A stretch of DNA of 54,892 nt, from NCBI GenBank assembly GCA_035285125.1, contig JAYKHR010000091.1, positions 1-54,892 of the forward strand, in the 5' to 3' direction. Made by a program: the position numbers and the translations under genes. Position 1 is the first letter of the stretch; every line of letters starts with the position of its first letter. This document shows positions 8,907 through 18,898 of this stretch, piece after piece. The stretch is from Candidatus Sericytochromatia bacterium (GTDB taxonomy: Bacteria > Cyanobacteriota > Sericytochromatia > S15B-MN24 > JAQBPE01). The notes below the pieces were generated by a model. That model saw only the letters and a list, made by a program, of their open reading frames with translations, had not been told where the DNA came from and made no database searches.

Positions 8907-9857
8907 TCAGCGGTCCACGGGGAAGGGGTCGAGCCCCTTCACGTCCAGTCGGCTCTCGCCATTGTACAGAACCTTGAGCCTGCCGCCGTGTACGTCGGTG
9001 GCCCGCAGGTGGTCCACCACCTGGACGGCCGGGTAGCCCGAGACCTCGGACATCTTGACAGTGCCCGGGTGCAGGCGGTTCACGAACCAGGACGAGACCT
9101 CGGTGCAGTACATCCCGGCCTCCGTCGCCGCCGTGGCGGGGTCCGAGGCGAGCATCGTCCGGTCGTAGGGCCTCCCCACCAAGCGCTTGAGATCCCGCAG
9201 GGTTGCCTCCAGCTTCGCGGGATCGGCCTCCACCTCCATCAGCACCACCGAGTTGCGCTCGGCGCGCGCCGCGTAGCGGGTCCAGTCTTCCTCGACCACG
9301 CCCATCATCTGCCGTGGCTGGTTGCCGAGCTTCCGATCGAGGAGCTTTCGCAGCCAGCCGGTGGGGCCGTCGTAGATCTCCGGCCGATCCGAGTACTGGG
9401 CGAGCGCCTGCGTGATCAACACCGAGCCGTCCGGCTTCACGCCGGAGACGACGAACGCGTGGACGGTCTCCTTGCCGCCGCCGGAGATGCCGATGATCGC
9501 CTTGCCCTCGGCTGGCCTGAAGCGCCCTGCCATCAGGGCCCTGGCAGCCTCCACCGTGTCAGCTCTCAGGGGGGCGGGGCCGACGTCTGCCACCTTTCCA
9601 GGCAGCGGGTTGAAGCGCCGCTTGACGAAGGGGCCCGTGACGTCGCCCACGAGCCTGGCGAAGCGAGGGTGACGAGCCATCCAGCCATGGAGGGTCTTCA
9701 GGGCCCAGGCCTTCACGCCACCGTCGGCCGCATTGGGCGCGGGGGCGCGGGCGACGCTCGCCGCGAACCGCGCGCCGGGACGCGGCGCGGGCTGCGCCAG
9801 CGTGCGGGTGATGGGACTGGCGGCCGCACGGGCCACGGGGGGCAAGGACACGGGCAA
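8907..9857 (-). CDS. Hypothetical protein resembling a permuted papain-like NlpC/P60 (YiiX/YebB/LRAT-like) enzyme
   Basis: His motif VHAFVV precedes GRPYD and MYCTEV, the permuted His...Cys order. Confidence 0.55.
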   Translation of the reverse strand: MPVSLPPVARAAASPITRTLAQPAPRPGARFAASVARAPAPNAADGGVKAWALKTLHGWMARHPRFARLVGDVTGPFVKRRFNPLPGKVADVGPAPLRADTVEAARALMAGRFRPAEGKAIIGISGGGKETVHAFVVSGVKPDGSVLITQALAQYSDRPEIYDGPTGWLRKLLDRKLGNQPRQMMGVVEEDWTRYAARAERNSVVLMEVEADPAKLEATLRDLKRLVGRPYDRTMLASDPATAATEAGMYCTEVSSWFVNRLHPGTVKMSEVSGYPAVQVVDHLRATDVHGGRLKVLYNGESRLDVKGLDPFPVDR

Positions 9858-10079
9858 CCTCCCTCACTGGCCGAGTTATCCCGGGTTGTCGGCGACTTTC
9901 GGTTGTAATCAGGTGAATTCGAGATTCAGGACAGGTTAACAATCGGGTGCGCCAGCTTCCCGTGCCAGGCTCGAAATCGCGCATGCCGGGCCCGCATCCC
10001 GCCCCAGCACGGCCCCGTGGGTCGGGCCGAGGCCGCGGCCCGGCTCGTTGCCTGCTGCCGGGGGGCAGGCGGCTGTGAC

Positions 10080-10108
10080 TTGAGAGATACGGCCTGATTC
10101 CCTATCCT
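10080..10108 (+). promoter_or_regulatory. Putative sigma70 promoter of the pfa operon
   Basis: TTGAGA (10080-10085), 17-nt spacer, TATCCT (10103-10108), 10 nt before ATG 10119; no SD sequence. Confidence 0.6.
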
Positions 10109-10118
10109 GTTGGGAACG

Positions 10119-11750
10119 ATGATCACCACGGACCCTCCGGTCGCGGCCGCCTGGTTGCCGCCCATGGACAGCCCGCGCTTTCAGCCCAGCGCCATCGCTG
10201 ATGCCGTCGCGCGCATCCGCGAACCGCTGCACGTCGTCCGCGACCTGGCCGCCGGCGGGGTGGGCGTGGCTTTCGGCGCGGAGCACGGGCAGCCTCCAGC
10301 AGGGGTGACGTGGCTCGGCACGCTTCCGCCGCTCTGGCCTGAGTGGCTCGGCGATCGCGCCTTCACGGAGGCCCACGGCGTGCGCTTCCCCTACGTGGGC
10401 GGCGAGATGGCCAACGGGATCGCCTCGGTGGAGATGGTCGTTGCCCTTGCCCGCGCCGGCATGCTCGGCTTCTTCGGCGCCGCCGGCCTCTCCCCCGCTC
10501 GCATCGAGGCGTCCCTTGGCGAGCTCGTGGCGGCCCTGGGGCGCGGCGATGCGCCCGGCAGCCTGCCGTGGGGCGCCAACCTGATCCATTCCTTGCACGA
10601 GCCCGCCCTCGAGGAGCGCACCGTCGACCTGTTCTTGCAACACGGCGTCACCCGGGTCTCCGCGTCCGCGTTCATGGCCCTGACGCCGGCCATCGTTCGC
10701 TACGCCTTCACGGGGGTCCGTGTCGACGCAGCCGGCCGGGTGCATCGTCGCAACCACGTCTTTGCCAAGATCTCTCGACCGGAGACCGCTCGGGCCTTCA
10801 TGAGCCCTCCGCCGGCGGCCCTGCTCCAGGCCCTCGTGCAACGCGGTGCCCTCACGGCCGAAGAGGCTGCGCTGGCTGCCGACCTCCCCGTGGCGGAGGA
10901 CCTCACGGCGGAGTCCGACTCGGGCGGACACACGGACAACCGCCCCCTTGGGGCGCTGTTCTCGACGATCAGGAGCCTGGGGGACGCCATCGCGGCCGAG
11001 CGCCGCTACGCCCGCCCCCTGCGCGTCGGGGCGGCGGGTGGCCTCGGCACCCCGGCCGCCGTGGCTGCCGCCTTTGCCCAGGGTGCGGCCTATGTGATGA
11101 CGGGCTCCGTGAACCAGAGCGCGGTGGAGGCCGGGCAGTCGGAGGCCGCGCGGCAGATGCTCGCGCTGGCCGACCTGGCCGACGTGGTGATGTGTCCCGC
11201 CGGCGACATGTTCGAGCTCGGGGTCAAGGTGCAGGTGCTCAAGAAGGGCACGATGTTCGCGGCGCGTGCGCAGCGGCTCTACGAGCTTTACGTGGCCCAC
11301 GACGGCCTCGCCTCCCTGGCGCCCGAGGTGCGCAGCCGGCTCGAGAAGGACGTTTTTCAGGGCACGCTCGACGACGTGTGGGCCGAGTGCGTGCGCTACT
11401 TCACGGTGCGGGATCCGCTGCAGCTGACCCGGGCCGAGCGAGATGCCAAGCACCAGATGGCGCTGGTGTTCCGGTGGTACCTCGGGCAGTCCAGCCGCTG
11501 GGCCATCGCAGGCGTGCCCGAACGGCGGCTCGACTACCAGATCTGGTGTGGGCCCGCGATGGGGGCCTTCAACGCTTGGGTCAAGGGCACCTTCTTGGAG
11601 GCGCCGGAGGCCCGTGGCGTGGTACAGATCGGTCTCAACCTGCTGGAGGGTGCCGCCATCGTGACCCGTGCCCACCAACTTCGCACCTATGGCGCGCCGG
11701 TTCCGGCCTCCGCCTTCGATTTCCGCCCTCGCCCGTTGGCGCTGGCCTGA
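10119..11750 (+). CDS. pfaD: PUFA synthase enoyl reductase (PfaD/Pfa1, FabK-like flavoprotein)
   Basis: GEMANGIAS, NLIHS, VSASAFM, FAKISRPE, AESDSGGHTD, AGDMFELGVKVQVLK, FRWYLG, DYQIWCGPAMGAFN. Confidence 0.96.
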   Translation: MITTDPPVAAAWLPPMDSPRFQPSAIADAVARIREPLHVVRDLAAGGVGVAFGAEHGQPPAGVTWLGTLPPLWPEWLGDRAFTEAHGVRFPYVGGEMANGIASVEMVVALARAGMLGFFGAAGLSPARIEASLGELVAALGRGDAPGSLPWGANLIHSLHEPALEERTVDLFLQHGVTRVSASAFMALTPAIVRYAFTGVRVDAAGRVHRRNHVFAKISRPETARAFMSPPPAALLQALVQRGALTAEEAALAADLPVAEDLTAESDSGGHTDNRPLGALFSTIRSLGDAIAAERRYARPLRVGAAGGLGTPAAVAAAFAQGAAYVMTGSVNQSAVEAGQSEAARQMLALADLADVVMCPAGDMFELGVKVQVLKKGTMFAARAQRLYELYVAHDGLASLAPEVRSRLEKDVFQGTLDDVWAECVRYFTVRDPLQLTRAERDAKHQMALVFRWYLGQSSRWAIAGVPERRLDYQIWCGPAMGAFNAWVKGTFLEAPEARGVVQIGLNLLEGAAIVTRAHQLRTYGAPVPASAFDFRPRPLALA

Positions 11751-11769
11751 GTTCCCGAGGAAGCCCGTG

Positions 11770-14700
11770 ATGTCCCGGTCCCCCAAGCCCATGCCCTCCA
11801 TCGCCGTCGTCGGCGTCAGCGCCCTGTTCCCGGGCTCGACAGACGCCCAGGGCTTCTGGCGCGACATCATGGCGGGCCGGGACCTCATCGGAGACGTCCC
11901 TGAGAGCCACTGGCTCATCAGCGACTACTACGACCCGGACCCGACGGCCAAGGACAAGACCTACGCCAAGCGGGGCGGCTTCCTGTCCCCCGTGCCGTTC
12001 GACCCCGTCGAGTTCGGCATCCCGCCTGCGATCGTGCCTGCCACCGATACGTCCCAGCTGCTGGCGCTCATCGTGGCTAAGCAGGTGCTCGACGACGCCA
12101 CGCGCGGCCAGTTCGCCGCGATGGACAAGGAGCGCACGAGCGTCATCCTGGGTGTCACCTCCGGCCAAGAGCTGTTCATCGAGATGGCGAGCCGCCTGCA
12201 GCGCCCCGTATGGGTCAAGGCGATGCGCGAGGCCGGCCTGCCGGAGGACGAGGTGCAGGCGATCGCCGAGCGCATGGCCGACTCGTACGTGCCGTGGCAG
12301 GAGAGCTCCTTCCCCGGCTTGCTCGGCAACGTCGTGGCCGGGCGGATCGCCAACCGGTTCGACCTTGGTGGCACCAACTGCGTCACGGACGCGGCCTGCG
12401 CGAGCTCCCTCTCTGCCCTGTCGATGGGCATCAACGAGCTCGTGCTGGGCCACTCCGACCTGGTCATCACCGGCGGCGTCGACACCTTCAACGACATCTC
12501 GATGTATATGTGCTTCTCGAAGACCCCGGCGCTCTCGCCCACGGGCGACTGCCGGCCGTTCTCCGACCAGGGCGACGGCACCTTGCTTGGCGAGGGGCTT
12601 GCCATGATTGCGATCAAGCGCCTCGATGACGCGGAGCGAGACGGGGACCGGATCTACGCCGTGCTGCGCGGGCTGGGTACCTCGTCCGACGGGCGGGCGC
12701 TCAGCGTCTACGCCCCCCTCTCTGAGGGGCAGGCCAAGGCCCTGCGTCGGGCTTACGACGTGGCTGGCTATGGGCCGGAGACGGTGGAGCTCGTCGAGGC
12801 CCACGGCACGGGCACCAAGGCTGGCGACGCCGCTGAGTTCGGGGGCCTGCGCATGGTCTTTGACGAGGCCGGTCGGGAAGACCGCCAGTGGTGTGCCCTC
12901 GGCTCGGTGAAGAGCCAGATCGGCCATACCAAGGCCGCTGCCGGTGCGGCCAGCCTCTTCAAGGCCATCATGGCGCTGCACCACAAGGTGCTCCCGGCCA
13001 CGATCAAGGTCGAGCGCCCCAACCCCAAGCTGGAGCTCGAGGCATCGGCCTTTTACATCAACACGCAGTCGCGCCCGTGGGTCCGCGGCAAGGACCACCC
13101 CCGCAGGGCCTCCGTCAGCTCCTTCGGCTTCGGTGGGAGCAACTTCCACTGCACCTTCGAGGAGTACACGGGGCCGGCAGAGCGCGCCCCGCGGCTGCGG
13201 ACCCTCGGGACCGAGCTGGTGGTGCTCTCGGCCGAGTCGCCGCAGGCGCTCGTGGCCGCGGCGCAGAAGCTGCTCGAGGGCGTCACGGCAGACTCGGAGG
13301 CCGCCCTGCTGCGGTTCCTCGCCCATCGGTCCCAGGCCACCTTCAACCCTGACGCGCCGGCTCGCCTGGCGGTGGTGGCGGCCGACGTGGCTGACCTGGT
13401 CGCCAAGGTCGGGCAGGCGACGGAGGCCATCGGCCGTGCGCCGGATGCCGAGTTGGCCGGCCCTCAGGGCGTCTATTACGTTCACGGCGCGGCGGCCGGC
13501 CCGGTGGCGTTCCTTTTCCCCGGCCAGGGGAGCCAGTACGTCGGCATGGGCGGCGAGCTCGCGATGGCCTTCGAGCGGGCGCGGCTGGTGTGGGACAACG
13601 GCGCGGCGCTCGAGATGCTCGACCCCCTGACGGGCAAGGCCGACGAGCCGCTTCACCGCGTCGCCTTCCCTGTGCCAGGCTTCGACGACGCGACCCGCGA
13701 GGCGCAGCAGCAGCGCCTGACGGCCACCCAGTGGGCCCAGCCCGCCATCGGCGCCGCGAGCCTCGCGACCCTGTCACTTCTCAGGGCCACGGGGCTCCGG
13801 CCTGCGACCGTCGGGGGGCATTCCTTTGGCGAGGTCACGGCGCTGGTGGCCGCCGGCATTCTGGACGAGCGCTCCGCGATGCGGGTGGCGCGCCGGCGCG
13901 GTGAGCTGATGGCCCGGGCTGCCGCCGAGGGCTCTCAGCCTGGCGCGATGACGGCGGTGCCGATGCCGGCGGCCGAGCTCCGGTCCCTGGTGGCCGGCTG
14001 GGGGCTGCCCGTCGTCGTGGCGAATGACAACGCGCCGCGGCAGGTGGTGCTGTCTGGCCCGGTCGACGCGATCGCGGCCGCCGAGGTCAAGCTCAAGGAG
14101 CAGGGCGTTCGCGCCCGCCGCCTCCCTGTCGCCACCGCGTTCCACTCTCCCGTGGTGGCCGAGTCCGCGAAGCCGTTCGGGGAGTTCCTCGCGACCATCG
14201 AGTTCCGGGCGGGCTCCGTGCCCGTCATGGGGAACACCCACGCCGCTGCCTACCCGGTGGCCGACCCTGACGGGCAGCGGGCCGTGCTGGCCAACCAGAT
14301 TGCCAACCCCGTGCGCTTCGTGGAGATGGTGGAGGCCATGTACGCGGCCGGCGCCCGCGTTTTTCTGGAGGTCGGCCCCGGCGCCGTGCTGACGGGCTTG
14401 GTGGCGGAGATCTTGAAGGATCGCCCCCATCGCGTCATCGCCACGGACCGCAAGGGCGCTTCCGGCGTCGGCTCGCTCTGGCAGGCCCTCGGCCAGCTTG
14501 CCGTCGCGGGCGTTCGCCTGGACTTCATGCCCCTGTGGGACGGCTTCGCCATCCCGCTCGATCCCCGCACGCGCAAGAAGCCTGCTTTCGCTCTGCCGAT
14601 CTGCGGCACCAATTACGGCAAGGTGTATCCGCCGCCCGGCGGCTCTGCGGCCCTGCCGCCTCCAAACCCGCCCCGCCCTGAGGTCCCCCTGGCCCTCCCC

Positions 14701-17700
14701 CCCTTTGCTGGCAGCCCTGCAGGGAGTCCGCCCATGACGCAGCAGCCCCCCCACTCCTCCGATCCGGCCGTGGCCGCCTTCACGGCTTACCAGCAGGCCC
14801 TCGCCGAAAGCCACCAGGCGTACCTCAAGGCCATGGAGGCCTCGCTGGCCCAGACCCAGCTCGCCTACATGCGCTCGCTCGAGGCGTCCTACGCGGCCCT
14901 CTCAGGTGCCCCGGCCCCGCTGCCGATGCCGATGATGCCTGCGCTTGCGGTGCCTCCGCCGGCCCTGCCCGGGGTCCCGGTGGTGGCCCCGGTGGCCTCC
15001 GCCTCGTTGCCCGTGCCCGTCGCGGCGACGACCCCGCTCGTGGTGCCTGCGCCAGTCGCGTCCCCTCCGGCGCCGGCCCCCGTCGCCGCAGCCCCGGCGC
15101 CTGTCGCCCCGGCGCCAGCGCCGGTTGCCGTTGCCTCGCCTCCGCCTGTCGTCGCGCCGGCGCCTGCCCCCGTGCCTCAACCCGCCCCGGTGGCCGCGGC
15201 GCCCGGCGTCGATCTCGAGGGCCTGATGCTCGAGGTGGTGGCGGACAAGACGGGCTACCCCGTCGAGATGCTGGAACTCGGTATGGCCCTCGAGGCTGAC
15301 CTCGGGGTGGACAGCATCAAGCGGGTGGAGATCCTGGGCGCCGTCCAGGAACGCGCCCCCGGCCTGCCGGACTTCGACGCCGGCGAGATGGCCTCCCTCA
15401 AGACCCTTGGGGAGATCGTAGCCTTCATGCGCAAGGGCCTGGGGGCTGCGCCCGCTGCCCAGCCGGCTGCGAGCGTCGCTCCCGCCGCCGTTGCTCCGGT
15501 CGCCGCTGCCCCTGCACCCGCCCCTGCCGCCCCCGCGCCGAGCGCCGGCGTCGACCTCGAGCGCCTGATGCTGGAGGTGGTGGCCGAGAAGACGGGGTAC
15601 CCGGTCGAGATGCTCGAACTGGGGATGGCCCTCGAGGCCGACCTCGGCGTCGACAGCATCAAGCGCGTGGAGATCCTGGGGGCCGTCCAGGAGCGTGCGC
15701 CTGGGCTGCCCGACTTTGATGCCGGCGAGATGGCAGCGCTCAAGACCCTCGGGGAGATCGTGGATTTCATGCGCCGGGGCCTGGCCGGGGCCGCCCCTGC
15801 CGCTGCGCCTGCCGCCCCGCCGGTGGCCCCCACGGCTGCGCCGCAGGCTGCCCCTGTCGCCGTGGCGGTCGCGCCCGTGGCTGTGGCCGCGGTGCCCGCG
15901 GCCGGTGGGGCCGGCAAGTCCGTCGAGGAGATCGCCGCGCTCATGCTCTCGGTCGTTGCTGAGAAGACCGGCTACCCCGTGGAAATGCTCAACCTCGACA
16001 TGGCCCTCGAGGCCGACCTGGGCATCGACTCGATCAAGCGCGTCGAGATCCTCGGGGCGGTGCAGGAACGCGTGCCTGGCCTGCCGGAGTTCGACGCCGG
16101 GGAGATGGCGGCGCTCAAGACCCTCGGGGAGATCGTCGCGCACATCGCGCGGCTCCTGGGAGGGGGCAGCCCGGACCCTGGCCCCGGCGCCGGGCGGGCC
16201 GCACCCCAGGCTGCGCCACCCGCTGCGGCCGTGGCCGAGGCGCCGCCGGGCATGGCCCTCGCCGCTGCGGCGCCTCAGGCCGTGATGGCGCCGCCTCCGA
16301 CCTTGACGCCCCAGGCGATGACCCCCCCCCCGCCCGCTTCTACGCCACTGGCCGACAGCCCCGACACCCAGGTGTCGGGGCGCAGCACGGAAGCGGCCCC
16401 CGCGGCGCCCGTGGTGGTCGAGGCGGCGGCGGTCGTCGCTCCGGCGGCGCCTGAGGCGCCTGCGCCGCCAGTTGCTGCCGCGCCTGAGGCCAAGGGCAAG
16501 GTGCCCGCGGCGCCGAGGCGCGGCAAGGAGGCGCCGGCTGCCTCTCCCTTTGGCGCAGCCTTCCGCAGCAGCCAGGGGGGGCTGCGGCAGGTGTTGCGTC
16601 TCGAGGACGTGGCGCCAGGTGGCGATCGCCTCAACGTCGTCGGGCCTGCGCTCGTCGTGTCGGGGGGGGCCGAGCCTGCGCTCGCCGAGGCCCTGGCTGC
16701 GAGCCTGCGGGCCCGCGGGGTCGAGGCCACCGTCGGTGGCGCCCCGGCGGCCGACACCGGCCTCGTGGTGGCGCTGCACGCCCTCTCGGAGCTGGTCGGC
16801 CCGGAGACGAGCGCCTCGATGCACCGCGAGGTGCTGGCCCTGGCCCGCGCCGTGGCGCCCCGGTTCGCCAAGGGTGGCGGGGCCTTCGTGACGGTGCAGC
16901 AGACCGGGGGCGACTTCGGGTTGGGTGGCGGGGCGACCACGGGGGCCTGGGGCGCAGGCGTCTCCGGCCTGGTCAAGACCGCCGCGCTGGAGTGGCCCGA
17001 GGCGGCCTGCAAGGCGATCGATCTCGCGCTCGGCCAGGCGAGCGTCGCCGATCAGGCCGATGCGCTTGCGGACGAGATTCTTTTCGGGGGCCCTGACGCC
17101 GAGGTCGGCCTGCAGGCTGGCGGGCGTCGGTTCGTGCCGGTGCTGGCCGAGGTCGAGGCGGACGTGGTGCCTCACGCCAACTGGATCAACGAGAAGTCGG
17201 TGGTCGTCGCCTCCGGTGGCGCCCGTGGCGTCACGGCCGCGGCGCTCGAGGCGCTGGCGCGGGCCTGCAAGCCCAAGATCGTGTTGCTGGGCCGCTCGCC
17301 CCTGGTCGAGGAGCCTGACGCCGTCAAGGGCCTCAAGGAGGGGCCGGAGATGAAGCGCGCCCTGCTCGAGGCGGCCAAGGCCGAAGGCCGTCCGCTCACG
17401 CCGGCCGACCTCGGCAAGCAGGTGGCAGCCATCACGGCGGCGCGGGAGGTGCGAGACACCCTGAAGTCGTTGCGTCGGGCGGGGTCCGAGGCCATCTACC
17501 TCGAGCTCGACGTGCGGGACAAGAACCAGCTGCGGGCCGGGCTCTCCCCCATCCGGCAGGAGATGGGCCCCATCACCGCGATCGTCCACGGCGCCGGCGT
17601 GCTGGCCGACAAGTACATCGCGGATCTGTCCGACGAGCAGTTCGATCGCGTCTTCGAGACCAAGGTGAGCGGCCTGCGGGCCCTGCTCGCAGCCACGGCC

Positions 17701-18879
17701 GAGGACCCGATCTCCTGCATCTGCCTGTACAGCTCCATCGCCGCCCGCACGGGCAACGTCGGCCAGGCGGCCTATGCCATGGCCAACGAGGTGCTCAACA
17801 AGGTGGCGCAGGCAGAGGCTGCCCGCCGCGGCGACGCCTGCCTCGTCAAGTCGCTGAACTGGGGCCCCTGGGCCGGCGGGATGGTGACGCCCGAGCTGAA
17901 GGCGCACTTCGAGAAGCAGGGCGTGCCCCTGATTCCGCTCGCGATGGGCGGGCAGATGTTCGTCGACGAGTTGCGCGTCCGGGATGCTGGAGACGTCGAG
18001 GTGGTCCTCGCGGGCCCGGCGGACGGCGCCCTGGGCGATCGCTCGCTGAACCTGCCGATCGCCCTCGACCACCGCAGCCACCCGCAGATGGACGGCCACC
18101 GCATCCAGGACGCCCCCGTGCTGCCCGCCGTACAGGTGCTCGACTGGTTCGTGCGCGCGGCCGTCGAAGCCCGCCCGGACCTCGTCTTCGGTGCCTTGAA
18201 GGACCTCAAGGTGCTCAAGGGCGTCCCGCTGGAACGCTACCAGGTCGGCGGCGATCGCTTCACCGTGCGGTGCACGGAAAGCGGCCAGGCCCTCCTCACG
18301 GAGGTCGCTCTGGAGCTGCGCGGCGAGGAGGGCACCCCCCACTACCGCGCCGTCGCGGTCCTCACGGAGGCCTCCAACAAGCTGGCGCCGCTGCCTGCGC
18401 TGCTGCCGATGGAACTGGAGCCGTGTACCTGGAGCCTCGACGAGATTTATGGCGGTATGCTCTTCCACGGCCCGTCCTTCCACGCCATCCGGGGCATCGA
18501 GGGCATCTCGCGCGACGGCATTGCAGCCGAGATGGTGGGCCTGGCGGCCCTGGGCTGGCCGGAGGGCCCGCACCAGACCGACGTGGCCGCCCTCGACGGT
18601 GGCCTGCAACTGGCCCGGCTCTGGGGCTATCATATGGCGAAGCGGCCATCGCTGCCCACCTCCATCGCCGAGTTCCGGCGCTACGTGGCCGGGCCGGTGG
18701 ACGTCCCGCTGCACGCCGAGCTCAGGGGGCGCTCCGTGACCAAGCACCGCACGCTGACGGACATCCGCTTCACCACCCGCGAGGGGGCCCTGGTGGCCGA
18801 CATGCGGGGCGTGGAGATGCACTTCATCGCCGAGCGCAAGGTCGCCGCGGCGATGGCCGGCGAAGCGGCCGGGGCCTGA
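11770..18879 (+). CDS. pfaA: PUFA synthase PfaA/Pfa2: KS-MAT-ACPx3-KR-DH
   Basis: KS DAACASS/HGTGT/GHTK; MAT GQGSQ, GHSFG, AFHS; three ACPs LG(V/I)DSIKRVEI; KR SGGARGVT and YAMAN; DH HRIQDAPVLP. Start is ATG 11770 or 11791. Confidence 0.96.
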   Translation: MSRSPKPMPSIAVVGVSALFPGSTDAQGFWRDIMAGRDLIGDVPESHWLISDYYDPDPTAKDKTYAKRGGFLSPVPFDPVEFGIPPAIVPATDTSQLLALIVAKQVLDDATRGQFAAMDKERTSVILGVTSGQELFIEMASRLQRPVWVKAMREAGLPEDEVQAIAERMADSYVPWQESSFPGLLGNVVAGRIANRFDLGGTNCVTDAACASSLSALSMGINELVLGHSDLVITGGVDTFNDISMYMCFSKTPALSPTGDCRPFSDQGDGTLLGEGLAMIAIKRLDDAERDGDRIYAVLRGLGTSSDGRALSVYAPLSEGQAKALRRAYDVAGYGPETVELVEAHGTGTKAGDAAEFGGLRMVFDEAGREDRQWCALGSVKSQIGHTKAAAGAASLFKAIMALHHKVLPATIKVERPNPKLELEASAFYINTQSRPWVRGKDHPRRASVSSFGFGGSNFHCTFEEYTGPAERAPRLRTLGTELVVLSAESPQALVAAAQKLLEGVTADSEAALLRFLAHRSQATFNPDAPARLAVVAADVADLVAKVGQATEAIGRAPDAELAGPQGVYYVHGAAAGPVAFLFPGQGSQYVGMGGELAMAFERARLVWDNGAALEMLDPLTGKADEPLHRVAFPVPGFDDATREAQQQRLTATQWAQPAIGAASLATLSLLRATGLRPATVGGHSFGEVTALVAAGILDERSAMRVARRRGELMARAAAEGSQPGAMTAVPMPAAELRSLVAGWGLPVVVANDNAPRQVVLSGPVDAIAAAEVKLKEQGVRARRLPVATAFHSPVVAESAKPFGEFLATIEFRAGSVPVMGNTHAAAYPVADPDGQRAVLANQIANPVRFVEMVEAMYAAGARVFLEVGPGAVLTGLVAEILKDRPHRVIATDRKGASGVGSLWQALGQLAVAGVRLDFMPLWDGFAIPLDPRTRKKPAFALPICGTNYGKVYPPPGGSAALPPPNPPRPEVPLALPPFAGSPAGSPPMTQQPPHSSDPAVAAFTAYQQALAESHQAYLKAMEASLAQTQLAYMRSLEASYAALSGAPAPLPMPMMPALAVPPPALPGVPVVAPVASASLPVPVAATTPLVVPAPVASPPAPAPVAAAPAPVAPAPAPVAVASPPPVVAPAPAPVPQPAPVAAAPGVDLEGLMLEVVADKTGYPVEMLELGMALEADLGVDSIKRVEILGAVQERAPGLPDFDAGEMASLKTLGEIVAFMRKGLGAAPAAQPAASVAPAAVAPVAAAPAPAPAAPAPSAGVDLERLMLEVVAEKTGYPVEMLELGMALEADLGVDSIKRVEILGAVQERAPGLPDFDAGEMAALKTLGEIVDFMRRGLAGAAPAAAPAAPPVAPTAAPQAAPVAVAVAPVAVAAVPAAGGAGKSVEEIAALMLSVVAEKTGYPVEMLNLDMALEADLGIDSIKRVEILGAVQERVPGLPEFDAGEMAALKTLGEIVAHIARLLGGGSPDPGPGAGRAAPQAAPPAAAVAEAPPGMALAAAAPQAVMAPPPTLTPQAMTPPPPASTPLADSPDTQVSGRSTEAAPAAPVVVEAAAVVAPAAPEAPAPPVAAAPEAKGKVPAAPRRGKEAPAASPFGAAFRSSQGGLRQVLRLEDVAPGGDRLNVVGPALVVSGGAEPALAEALAASLRARGVEATVGGAPAADTGLVVALHALSELVGPETSASMHREVLALARAVAPRFAKGGGAFVTVQQTGGDFGLGGGATTGAWGAGVSGLVKTAALEWPEAACKAIDLALGQASVADQADALADEILFGGPDAEVGLQAGGRRFVPVLAEVEADVVPHANWINEKSVVVASGGARGVTAAALEALARACKPKIVLLGRSPLVEEPDAVKGLKEGPEMKRALLEAAKAEGRPLTPADLGKQVAAITAAREVRDTLKSLRRAGSEAIYLELDVRDKNQLRAGLSPIRQEMGPITAIVHGAGVLADKYIADLSDEQFDRVFETKVSGLRALLAATAEDPISCICLYSSIAARTGNVGQAAYAMANEVLNKVAQAEAARRGDACLVKSLNWGPWAGGMVTPELKAHFEKQGVPLIPLAMGGQMFVDELRVRDAGDVEVVLAGPADGALGDRSLNLPIALDHRSHPQMDGHRIQDAPVLPAVQVLDWFVRAAVEARPDLVFGALKDLKVLKGVPLERYQVGGDRFTVRCTESGQALLTEVALELRGEEGTPHYRAVAVLTEASNKLAPLPALLPMELEPCTWSLDEIYGGMLFHGPSFHAIRGIEGISRDGIAAEMVGLAALGWPEGPHQTDVAALDGGLQLARLWGYHMAKRPSLPTSIAEFRRYVAGPVDVPLHAELRGRSVTKHRTLTDIRFTTREGALVADMRGVEMHFIAERKVAAAMAGEAAGA
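15205..16160 (+). repeat. Three tandem near-identical ACP-coding units separated by Ala/Pro linkers
   Basis: Units at about 15205-15440, 15547-15783 and 15920-16160, each encoding V.A(D/E)KTGYPVEML.L.MALEADLG.DSIKRVEILGAVQER. Confidence 0.9.
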
Positions 18880-18898
18880 GGCGGGAAGGCGCGCGTCG

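Noticed and set aside
16322..16331. C10 homopolymer in pfaA as a phase-variation switch
   Set aside because: It lies in frame within a Pro-rich linker (TPPPP) where C-runs are expected; no evidence of slippage without read data.
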